Shown: positions 17,953 to 25,222 of the stretch, one piece after another
Layout: the number at the start of each line of letters is the position of its first letter
Position numbering within the stretch: the stretch's first letter is position 1
Origin: Candidatus Syntropharchaeum caldarium
GTDB taxonomy: Archaea > Halobacteriota > Syntropharchaeia > Syntropharchaeales > Syntropharchaeaceae
Direction of reading: 5' to 3'
Assembly: GCA_001766815.1 (NCBI GenBank)
Contig: LYOS01000001.1
Coordinates: forward strand, 240,001-272,000
DNA: 32,000 bases
Translations under genes and position numbers: made by a program
The notes under the pieces: generated by a model
Told to the model about the DNA's origin: nothing
The model's database searches: none
The model's input: the letters and a program-made list of their open reading frames with translations, nothing else

Positions 17953-18660
17953 ATGTCGAGATTTAGACTAAGTAAAAAGCTAACCTCTTATGAAATTACG
18001 TTGAAGCTTTTAAGCAGTATTGAGGATTATTTGCTTACTAAAGTACCTAAAATAATAAATACAAATTCCAATGATATTAAAAAGGAGTATTCTATCTCAA
18101 TTACTGATGATACGGGGACTGAGGAGATTGAAAGCATAAAGGACTATTCTTTATCATCCTTCCCAGACTTTACAGAAAAAATTGATATTTCTTTAACACA
18201 TTATTCTCCAAAGATTTTACAGGTGGACATTGTATTTAGTGATAGACTTTTTTCACGGATTGAAGTGAACTATACAGGAGAAAACGCCAGAGAAATTACG
18301 ATTTCTATCTATGAAGGAATCCTAAGAATTTTGGAATCTTCTAAAACGACTAATTTCAGATACCACCATTCATTTATTGAAACTTCATTATTTGTATCTG
18401 GAGCGTTTCTTTCTGGATTTGCCATATCTAGTTTTAGTACAGGGTCATATGCTGCTGCAGTAACAGCAATAATTCTCCTTTTATTGATTATTCTTTATTT
18501 TGTGGTGGGAAAGAGAATCCATCCCTACACCTTATTTGAGTCACGAAGAGCGGACACTTATAAAAGATGGTGCGATTGGTTCTTCTACAGCGTCCTTGGT
18601 TTCATTCTATTCGATGTTGTGTTAATGGCTATACTAATAAAATTCTATGAGATATCATAA
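17953..18660 (+). CDS. orphan membrane protein (about 140-aa soluble N-domain plus 2-3 C-terminal TM helices)
   Basis: 235-aa ORF in roughly 30% GC DNA. Hydrophobic segments are SLFVSGAFLSGFAISSF, AAAVTAIILLLLIILYFVV and WFFYSVLGFILFDVVLMAILI. No family recognised. Confidence 0.55.
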   Translation: MSRFRLSKKLTSYEITLKLLSSIEDYLLTKVPKIINTNSNDIKKEYSISITDDTGTEEIESIKDYSLSSFPDFTEKIDISLTHYSPKILQVDIVFSDRLFSRIEVNYTGENAREITISIYEGILRILESSKTTNFRYHHSFIETSLFVSGAFLSGFAISSFSTGSYAAAVTAIILLLLIILYFVVGKRIHPYTLFESRRADTYKRWCDWFFYSVLGFILFDVVLMAILIKFYEIS

Positions 18661-18680
18661 TACGTTGTGCAAAAAAGATA

Positions 18681-18791
18681 TGTGGCACCTGTAAGAAGCT
18701 TGCAGCAGAGCTTATAACCGGGTTTTTGAAGGATCATCAGGATCGGCGTGATGATGCCAGGTTGAGATTGAAGGAGTATGAGGTTGTTGGG
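18681..18791 (+). repeat. right copy of the 111-bp direct repeat
   Basis: See the left copy. It begins at the CGTC codons and diverges after ...EYEVVG. Confidence 0.95.
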
Positions 18792-18809
18792 TTGGAAGTT
18801 GAGAGATAG
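18681..18809 (+). pseudogene. displaced, start-less 3' fragment of a trpS gene ([42 protein letters not shown])
   Basis: In-frame TrpRS C-terminus with a different tail (LEVER* versus VI*). The frame is closed by TGA at 18648-18650 and has no start codon. Confidence 0.8.
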
Positions 18810-18950
18810 ATTACGATAGCTGGGTGATATCATAGAATATTTGACGCGTTTATCTAAAACTAATTAACATACAATTTCCATTTTTATTTACTAAATCAGC
18901 AAAGTATATTTATTGAGATCACCAAATTATACAGGGGTATTGGTGAGACA

Positions 18951-20024
18951 ATGGAAAAAGATCGTGAATGTTCTGGCCAGATCAGCATCGACTTTCTCAT
19001 TGGGATATCGCTATTCCTGCTGACGCTCGTATTTCTTGTTCAGTTCATACCGACGGTCTTTGTATCTTTCGGATCAGAATCGATCGACCTCAGTTCGGTT
19101 GCATACAGAACATCCGTGATTCTTGTGGAAGATCCCGGGTGCTGGAACAACTCTGCAACCTTGAGAACTGAATCTGACTGGGAGAACCATGTAGATCGCA
19201 CGACAAGAGTTGGACTTGCAATCGATAAGAACCATCCAAATATCTTAAATTTATCGAAGATTGAGGCGTTTGCAGATACTGTAAATCTTCCTGATTCAAA
19301 CCTGTCCCAAAACCTTGTTCTATACAGGAAAATTGGCGGAAATGATATTTTTTACGGATATAACATAACTTTAACAGATTCTAAGGGTAATCGGTGGAGC
19401 AGAGGAGAAACACTACCTCAGAGCGGAAATCTCGCAAAAGTTGAAAGGTTAACTCTCATCAACACATCTGAGTATGGCTGGATTGATACAGATAAATATT
19501 TTTTAGGAGCCGGTAACCCGTCAAAAGCACTCATAAGAATACCAAATTCAAGTGTTGCGGAGTTCTGCAATGATGATCTCTACTTCTACCTAACAAACTT
19601 CAATATCACAGGAGCAAACCCAAAGTATGTCTCCACTAAGATGGTTCAAACAAACATCAGCAACGAGACAGGAGATAACCTGGTTGATACCGGTAACGGT
19701 ATCCATATCAAATTGGGATCAGGCACGACATTAAACCAACCATCAGATGGATATACGAGACTTAACGGCGTATATCAAGGCGATCTTAATACTAATGTAG
19801 ATATAAACTCTTCTACAGATTTACTTGAGCTTGTGATAAATCAAAGCGCCTTCACAAGAGCGGGCTTTAACATAACAGATCCTGTGTCTGAGGATATATT
19901 CATCGAGTTCAACCTCAACCACATCGAATGTGAAGAAGAGCATTTTCCCTACAACCTGACCTGTTACAACGATACGCTCCAAAATGTTCACAGGATATGC
20001 AATCTGGAGGTGTTGGTGTGGTAA
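18951..20024 (+). CDS. pilin-like secreted glycoprotein with a class III signal peptide (G|QISIDF type)
   Basis: N-terminus MEKDRECSG|QISIDFLIGISLFLLTLVFLV. 14 N-X-S/T sequons counted by hand. RBS GGTGAG upstream. Confidence 0.7.
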   Translation: MEKDRECSGQISIDFLIGISLFLLTLVFLVQFIPTVFVSFGSESIDLSSVAYRTSVILVEDPGCWNNSATLRTESDWENHVDRTTRVGLAIDKNHPNILNLSKIEAFADTVNLPDSNLSQNLVLYRKIGGNDIFYGYNITLTDSKGNRWSRGETLPQSGNLAKVERLTLINTSEYGWIDTDKYFLGAGNPSKALIRIPNSSVAEFCNDDLYFYLTNFNITGANPKYVSTKMVQTNISNETGDNLVDTGNGIHIKLGSGTTLNQPSDGYTRLNGVYQGDLNTNVDINSSTDLLELVINQSAFTRAGFNITDPVSEDIFIEFNLNHIECEEEHFPYNLTCYNDTLQNVHRICNLEVLVW

Positions 20025-20590
20025 GGGGATTTTTAAGCGATGAAAGCGGTCAGCTCCATACGATTGAAGGGCTTGCAGCAGCAGGAATCATGATCGCAAC
20101 CCTCTTTGCGGTGATGGAGGGGGCGGTGATCATAACACCACAGACAGGGCTTGCGCTCGATGCAAACCTGAAGCAGATCGGGGATGACGCACTTGCTGTG
20201 CTTGACGCCTACGATCCTTTTGATGGAATCATACTGAAGCACTATGTTGCAGTCTGGAACAACACAACAAACAATGAGATTATTTATGACACGATTACAT
20301 TTGGAAAAGGTGGCCAGAATGCGCTCAACACGAGTTTGAACAATCTACTTCCAGATGATATCCTGTTCAATGTGGATTTTGTATATGTGAACCATTCCAA
20401 CCAGTCAGATATTACCGTTTGCAGGGTTATAGATAACGGGGAGCCTGGAACCGATGCAGTAGTCTCACGACGCCTCGTCACGCTCTTTGCAAACGAGTCT
20501 GATTATACGCTATCGCCCTACTGGAACTCAACTGTATCTGTAAATGATCCACAGGTTGTGGAGGTGAGGCTGACGCTATGGCAGGTATAA
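19997..20590 (+). CDS. pilin-like protein with a class III signal peptide (SG|QLHTIEG type)
   Basis: N-terminus ...LSDESG|QLHTIEGLAAAGIMIATLFAV. About 7 sequons. The start is ambiguous (ATG 19997 or GTG 20021), and both overlap the upstream gene. Confidence 0.65.
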   Translation: MQSGGVGVVRGFLSDESGQLHTIEGLAAAGIMIATLFAVMEGAVIITPQTGLALDANLKQIGDDALAVLDAYDPFDGIILKHYVAVWNNTTNNEIIYDTITFGKGGQNALNTSLNNLLPDDILFNVDFVYVNHSNQSDITVCRVIDNGEPGTDAVVSRRLVTLFANESDYTLSPYWNSTVSVNDPQVVEVRLTLWQV

Positions 20591-21000
20591 AATCTTTACT
20601 TCGGTCAGATGATGGACAGTGGATCATCATCTCAGGCCTGATCGTTGCAATCGGGCTTATCATCCTATCCGTTCTCCTGAATCAGGCGATGATAAGTGGG
20701 GGAAAAGCATCTGAGGCTGTACTCGACTTTCCAAAAAGTGATATAAGAGAGTTCAGATGGGAGATATATCGGTGGACAAACCAGAATGTGACAAAGATGA
20801 ATGAGGTCGCACAGATCAGAAACCTTACAAATCAGACCAGACTCCTCTATGGTGCAAGGGGAATATCCGTGAACTTCTCGGTGATAGAGATAAATGCAAC
20901 CAATCAGACTGCAAATGTTACGATCTTCATAACCGATGGCACGACCACGTGCAACTACAGACACGAGTTTATCCAGTGTGATGAGATGGGGGAGGGATGA
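20578..21000 (+). CDS. pilin-like protein with a class III signal peptide (DG|QWII type)
   Basis: MAGIKSLLRSDDG|QWIIISGLIVAIGLIILSVLL. 7 sequons in 140 aa. Overlaps the upstream gene by 13 nt. Confidence 0.65.
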   Translation: MAGIKSLLRSDDGQWIIISGLIVAIGLIILSVLLNQAMISGGKASEAVLDFPKSDIREFRWEIYRWTNQNVTKMNEVAQIRNLTNQTRLLYGARGISVNFSVIEINATNQTANVTIFITDGTTTCNYRHEFIQCDEMGEG

Positions 21001-21001
21001 G

Positions 21002-21454
21002 ATGAAGCAAAAAAGCGGGATTATCAACGATGAAGAGGCAGTCTCAACCACGTTGGGGTATCTCTTTATGAGTGGGATAGCGATGATCTTTCTTGCAATC
21101 GTAATGGTGAGTTGCGTAAATATGTTCGTGGATAACCCTGCTAGGGTTGTTATGCGAACCGGGTTTACAGACGTCGGAAATGAGATCAGCACAAAGATAG
21201 TCGATATCTACATCATCTGTCCTGACAATGGAACGCTCACAACAGACCTCACAATGCCAGCAGAGATTGGGGGTGAGCAGTATGAGGTAAATGCAGCCAT
21301 CGGGAGTGGACAGGATCAGATGATCGAAGTTGCAAGCGATGACGGTAAGGTTACAATGAGAATGACGATAAACGGGATCGCTGAGAGTGTTTCTGTGACC
21401 GGAAGTACGATGAGTGGTGAGTGGGAACATCAGATTTATTACAATTCATCTTGA
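21002..21454 (+). CDS. archaeal type IV pilin N-terminal domain protein (EEA|VSTTLGY type)
   Basis: MKQKSGIINDEEAVSTTLGYLFMSGIAMIFLAIVMV resembles the D.RAVSPVIG pilin_N (DUF1628-like) motif. ATG 21002 is preferred over 20936 because GGAGGG lies 6-7 nt upstream and the start abuts the previous stop. Confidence 0.65.
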   Translation: MKQKSGIINDEEAVSTTLGYLFMSGIAMIFLAIVMVSCVNMFVDNPARVVMRTGFTDVGNEISTKIVDIYIICPDNGTLTTDLTMPAEIGGEQYEVNAAIGSGQDQMIEVASDDGKVTMRMTINGIAESVSVTGSTMSGEWEHQIYYNSS

Positions 21455-21467
21455 ATGGGGGTTTTAA

Positions 21468-22235
21468 ATGCGGAAGAAACAAATGATACTGGATGAGGAT
21501 GCAGTTTCAGAGGCGCTTGGTTTCATACTTGTCTTTGCGATCATAACACTTTCGATCGGGATCATCTACGTTGTTGGATACCCTGCGATACAGGATTCGA
21601 AGGATCGTGCGCAGATGAGAAATATGGAGAAGAACTTCATTGTGCTCCAGAGCAGTATCGAGACAGTAGCACTGGGGCAGTCGCCTGTGAAGACGATACG
21701 GATGGGACTTGGTGGCGGGACGATCACCGTGGATGGATCGGGTGGCGCTCTCTCGGTCACAGCCCCGAATATCAGCTACAATGGATATGTGGGAAACATT
21801 ACATACGAGATGGATGGTCGCCAGATCATCTATGAGAATGGCGGCATCTGGTCCAGATACCCATCTGGTGGTTCTGTTGAAATTTCAAGCCCGAAAATCA
21901 GCCTGAGGAAGGATTCCAGTGACTTGAGGTATCTCACGGTCTCAATCATTGAGATAAACAGCTCGATCTCATCTGCAGGTGGGGATGGAATAATAACATT
22001 CACAATTGAAAGCGCGGATCAGACCACATCAGCACCTCAGATCGAAAATACAGCAGGCACAGCATGGATAAATATAACGACCAGCACGCCAGATGCATGG
22101 GCGCGGTACTTCAGAGAACTGAATGATACAGCAGGCGGTGGTGTGAGTGTGACCTCGGGCACGATGACGTGTAACGCCAGCATTCAGTACGACCGTTTCG
22201 TGATGAACAATCACAGCGTGGATGTCAGGGTATAG
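21468..22235 (+). CDS. archaeal type IV pilin N-terminal domain protein (DEDA|VSEALGF type)
   Basis: MRKKQMILDEDAVSEALGFILVFAIITLSIGIIYV. About 7 sequons. Last gene of the five-gene operon. Confidence 0.7.
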   Translation: MRKKQMILDEDAVSEALGFILVFAIITLSIGIIYVVGYPAIQDSKDRAQMRNMEKNFIVLQSSIETVALGQSPVKTIRMGLGGGTITVDGSGGALSVTAPNISYNGYVGNITYEMDGRQIIYENGGIWSRYPSGGSVEISSPKISLRKDSSDLRYLTVSIIEINSSISSAGGDGIITFTIESADQTTSAPQIENTAGTAWINITTSTPDAWARYFRELNDTAGGGVSVTSGTMTCNASIQYDRFVMNNHSVDVRV

Positions 22236-22261
22236 TTACTAACTTGAAGTAATAGTTACTA
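22232..22261. repeat. 10-bp direct repeat ATAGTTACTA x2 (22232-22241 and 22252-22261)
   Basis: Read directly. The first copy contains the TAG stop of the last pilin-like gene. Confidence 0.8.
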
Positions 22262-22446
22262 CCTTAAATTTAGAATATATTTTTTAGGTATTAACTAATA
22301 CTTTTTAGTATATACAATCTTTTAATGTCTTTCTTAGAACTTATTAAAGTTTTAATATTTAGAAATTATAAAAATTCTGAGTGCTTCTTTTTGGAATTAG
22401 AAAAACCTCGACCGATATCCTTAAATAGAATGGTGTGCCATAATAC

Positions 22447-22476
22447 ATTGCACTATTGTGCACATAGGTGTGCAAT
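22447..22476. repeat. inverted repeat ATTGCAC-N16-GTGCAAT enclosing the palindrome TGTGCACA
   Basis: Read directly. Related GGTG(T)GC(C)ACATAAT-like words occur at about 22431 and 22491. Confidence 0.7.
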
Positions 22477-22594
22477 AGCATAAGGTTTTGGGTGCACATA
22501 ATGTCCAGTCCTGCTAATACCCCTCACAAGTCTTTGGACATAAGCTGTTTTCGGCATCCAGAACCTTTCCCCCCTTTGTTTTTGCATTTTGAGA

Positions 22595-23629
22595 TCATCT
22601 TTTTTCATTCCTGAATACGATGTTAAGACCCAGGAGGCTACCTGCAATGATATTCATGTAGTAGGTGATGAACCTCCATGTAAGAACCAGAACACCAAGC
22701 AAGGAAGTCTTTACAAAGAACGAGAAGGTTGTTGTGAATCCAAGTTCAGCAACACCGCTGCTTCCCGGGGTAAGTGGAATAAAAACAAGTATCAGTAGCA
22801 CGACCTGTGATGCAAAGGCCATCAAAACCTCTGGATCTTCGCCAAATCCCATCAGGATTAAACAGGGAATCATAAACTCAAGTGACCAGTAGATGATTGT
22901 GCACAGCCATGCAAAAAAAACTCTGGCCCTGGAAACACGGATAAATCTCCGCAGAGAAGAGAGAAAAACATCCACCTCTGCAGATATTCTGGTGATTAAT
23001 TGCTTTGATCTTTCACCACCCATAAAAAGACGGAGTATACTGTAAATTAATGAAAATCTATTTTTAATCCACGCCGGACGACATATCGCATGGATAATAA
23101 TGATAACGATGAAGATCAGCATAATTACAGAGGCGGTAATGAACAACTGCACCCTGGGACCAGTATGAGATAGCACATTCCTGAGAAGGAATATCGCAAT
23201 TGGTGAGATCAAGAGGATAAAAAGAAGGTCGAGAAGACGTTCAAAGAGAACAATCGCACCTGCATCGCCAATCCTTACACCACCCTTCTTTGCGATCAGA
23301 TATGCTCTGACTGGCTCACCTCCTGCGTGTGATGGAGTTATCGCAGCACCAAAGAGACTTGCAACCACACTTCTAACTGCATCTCGTGTTGTGAGCATAC
23401 CGCCAAGCGCATCACTCAGCACCTTTATTCGCACTCCCCAGACGATCCATCCGAGGATGTGGAATATCACGCCGAGAAGAAGGTAAAACGGGGAGATCCT
23501 GTTGATGATTTCTATCGTCTCTTTTGTAGCAGTTACGTGAAAAACCAGGAATATAGAGAGGATACTTACAATAATTGCAATCAGAAGTGAGTGCCCGATA
23601 TACCACTGTTTCTTCTCATCCCAGATCAT
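22595..23629 (-). CDS. flippase-like / LPG-synthase-TM family (UPF0104) polytopic membrane protein
   Basis: 344 aa with about 8 TM helices. GGEPVRAYLIAKK and IPLTPGSSGVAELGF resemble the conserved motifs of that family, recalled from memory. Confidence 0.6.
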   Translation of the reverse strand: MIWDEKKQWYIGHSLLIAIIVSILSIFLVFHVTATKETIEIINRISPFYLLLGVIFHILGWIVWGVRIKVLSDALGGMLTTRDAVRSVVASLFGAAITPSHAGGEPVRAYLIAKKGGVRIGDAGAIVLFERLLDLLFILLISPIAIFLLRNVLSHTGPRVQLFITASVIMLIFIVIIIIHAICRPAWIKNRFSLIYSILRLFMGGERSKQLITRISAEVDVFLSSLRRFIRVSRARVFFAWLCTIIYWSLEFMIPCLILMGFGEDPEVLMAFASQVVLLILVFIPLTPGSSGVAELGFTTTFSFFVKTSLLGVLVLTWRFITYYMNIIAGSLLGLNIVFRNEKR

Positions 23630-23632
23630 TAT

Positions 23633-23806
23633 TCAGGAAAACTCAAGTATCCCATAAAAAATGATTGAGATGATACAGACAAACGCAACAGCAAAGCTCC
23701 AGTTGGGTATCTCTTCACGACCAGCGTAGTAGATACCTGTTATGATCGAGATGATGAATGTAACGAGGAATATACCAAATGTCAATATAGAGATTACGCC
23801 AGACAT
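23633..23806 (-). CDS. small 2-TM membrane protein (57 aa, below the ORF-track cutoff)
   Basis: Hand translation gives MSGVISILTFGIFLVTFIISIITGIYYAGREEIPNWSFAVAFVCIISIIFYGILEFS*. Its stop is 3 nt from the start of the flippase-like gene. TTTATATC lies about 45 nt upstream. Confidence 0.45.
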   Translation of the reverse strand: MSGVISILTFGIFLVTFIISIITGIYYAGREEIPNWSFAVAFVCIISIIFYGILEFS

Positions 23807-23881
23807 GAATTCTCACACTGCTTCTCTCTTCTTATCCTGATATAAAGGTTGTGGTTGAAAATATGGTTGGATCAGTCTGGC

Positions 23882-24394
23882 TCATCTCCTTCTCAGGAAT
23901 TGGAGTGAGTTCAGAAAAGATGGATGATCAACGACAGGGGTGCGTTCGAGAACATTGGGTTTGCTTGTAACCTCCGGGATATCATTGTGCACGAAGATAT
24001 CAAGAAAACGCTGTGTCAGCTCGGAGATTGTGTCCTCTTCGGAATCCTGCTGTTTTTCAATTTTAGATGCAGTAAATGACTTTTGTTTATCGGTAGATCT
24101 GGTCTCTGAAAGAGCTTTCTTTGAAAGACCCTTCGAGATTGCCCGCCCCCGTTCCCTTGCACCTTTTTTCTTGCTGAGAGCGTATATTTTCCGGATTTCC
24201 TCTTCTAACTGATATTTTTTTGCTTCTGCCAGTATTTTTGCATACTCTTTGTCCACCCATCCAATTTCAGAGTGGCGATAATATCCAACCTCATAGCCAA
24301 GATTACGGGTTAATTTTAAAAGTGAACGTCTGATTTTATCTCTCTCTGACTTATCTTCAGTATTGGCTTTTTGTTTCCTGAATAGAAGTATCAT
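23882..24394 (-). CDS. hypothetical charged (Lys/Glu/Arg-rich) protein downstream of the KaiC-like ATPase
   Basis: 170-aa ORF starting 8 nt after the KaiC-like stop. No family recognised. Confidence 0.5.
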   Translation of the reverse strand: MILLFRKQKANTEDKSERDKIRRSLLKLTRNLGYEVGYYRHSEIGWVDKEYAKILAEAKKYQLEEEIRKIYALSKKKGARERGRAISKGLSKKALSETRSTDKQKSFTASKIEKQQDSEEDTISELTQRFLDIFVHNDIPEVTSKPNVLERTPVVDHPSFLNSLQFLRRR

Positions 24395-24402
24395 AAGACT
24401 AC

Positions 24403-25170
24403 CTACTCTATCTTGCCACCTACCATAAGTCCATTGCTTGTAAATTTTGCTTTGTGAATGTTGCAGTCATGTTTCGTGCCCCGCATCTTTATTACCTGGA
24501 TACCCCTTGTCATCCTGTTCTTTGCAGGATCAAAAAAATTGTGCATAAATATCACACCATCTGCTGCAAAGTGCTCGATCGTATAGGTTGAAGGGTCTGT
24601 CATCTCGGAGAGAATGATCGTTGTACAGCCAAGACTCTTCAGATTTCTGATGAAACGGCTGATTGATTTTTCCTCTGTTGCGTAATCATCGTGCAGGAAT
24701 CTGATGGCAGAGATTGAGTCAATAACAACCCTCGTTATTCCATGATCAGTCACATATTCCCGTATCTTCTCAAAGATATATCTTGGGGATGGAATATTAT
24801 CGGGGGACCCATAGTCCTGCATCGGATAATCAAACTGCTCCTGTGCACCATACATGGCAGAGGGTCCAAGATCTACAAAGTGCAGCTTCTTGAGTTCTAT
24901 CAGCTTTGGAAGATTGAAGGCGTAATTTGACATATCGGCAACGATACTGTCGACCGTCTCATTCAGCGTGATATATGCTCCATACGATCCATTCATCGCA
25001 CCCTGTGCTAAAAACTGTGTGGAGAAGGTCGTTTTACCGCTCCCAGGCGGTCCTGACGTCACATACACACGCCCAGCAAGCAGTCCACCTTCGATGATCT
25101 CGTCAAACCCTTTTATACCTGTTGGCTCTCTTGCTACACTTATGCCAATACCCCCTTGAATATTATTCAT
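24403..25170 (-). CDS. single-domain KaiC/RecA-superfamily ATPase (COG0467-like)
   Basis: TGIKGFDEII.GGL..G, Walker A GPPGSGKTT, Walker B VVIDSIS, and a C-terminal IKMRGT.H motif. Confidence 0.8.
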   Translation of the reverse strand: MNNIQGGIGISVAREPTGIKGFDEIIEGGLLAGRVYVTSGPPGSGKTTFSTQFLAQGAMNGSYGAYITLNETVDSIVADMSNYAFNLPKLIELKKLHFVDLGPSAMYGAQEQFDYPMQDYGSPDNIPSPRYIFEKIREYVTDHGITRVVIDSISAIRFLHDDYATEEKSISRFIRNLKSLGCTTIILSEMTDPSTYTIEHFAADGVIFMHNFFDPAKNRMTRGIQVIKMRGTKHDCNIHKAKFTSNGLMVGGKIE

Positions 25171-25222
25171 TATAAACTTATCAACGAAGATCTATAAATC
25201 TTGTTTGCATGGCCCCTTTTGA

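Larger units (their letters stand above)
17796..18680 (+). mobile_element. putative insertion / integrated-element remnant bounded by the trpS 3'-end direct repeats
   Basis: 885 bp between the repeats. Markedly AT-rich: two hand-counted 60-nt lines gave 25% and 32% GC, against 52% for one trpS line. Carries one orphan gene and no integrase or transposase. Confidence 0.4.

Noticed and set aside
17613-18833. Two similar minus-strand ORFs (17613-17825 and 18645-18833, both containing [27 protein letters not shown]) that look like a paralogous gene pair.
   Set aside because: They are antisense shadows of the plus-strand trpS 3'-end direct repeat. The plus-strand frame carries the recognisable TrpRS C-terminus, and the differences between copies are synonymous in that frame.
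20936-21001. A longer start (ATG 20936 or 20981) for the fourth pilin-like gene.
   Set aside because: ATG 21002 has a GGAGGG RBS and gives the short charged leader expected before the hydrophobic helix. The longer forms would add 7-22 residues overlapping the upstream gene.
20665-21192. 175-aa minus-strand ORF spanning the third and fourth pilin-like genes.
   Set aside because: The plus-strand genes have RBSs, class III signal-peptide N-termini and an operon-like overlap structure. The antisense ORF has no start context or recognisable features.
17685-22594. Calling the whole stretch from the trpS repeat through the pilin-like operon a complete integrative element, provirus or plasmid.
   Set aside because: There is no integrase, transposase, replication or capsid gene in the window. 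The direct repeats bracket only 885 bp, and I found no third repeat copy near 22.2-22.6 kb. Only a remnant or cassette is claimed.
22453-22647. 64-aa minus-strand ORF in the AT-rich spacer, overlapping the 3' end of the flippase-like gene.
   Set aside because: It overlaps a better-supported CDS and has no RBS or promoter context and no recognisable family. The region is reported as unexplained non-coding sequence instead.
24403-25170. Whether the KaiC-like ATPase is the archaellum protein ArlH/FlaH, linked to the pilin-like operon.
   Set aside because: No arlI/arlJ or archaellin genes are adjacent. The gene is on the opposite strand, separated by unrelated genes. Single-domain KaiC-like ATPases are common outside archaellum loci.
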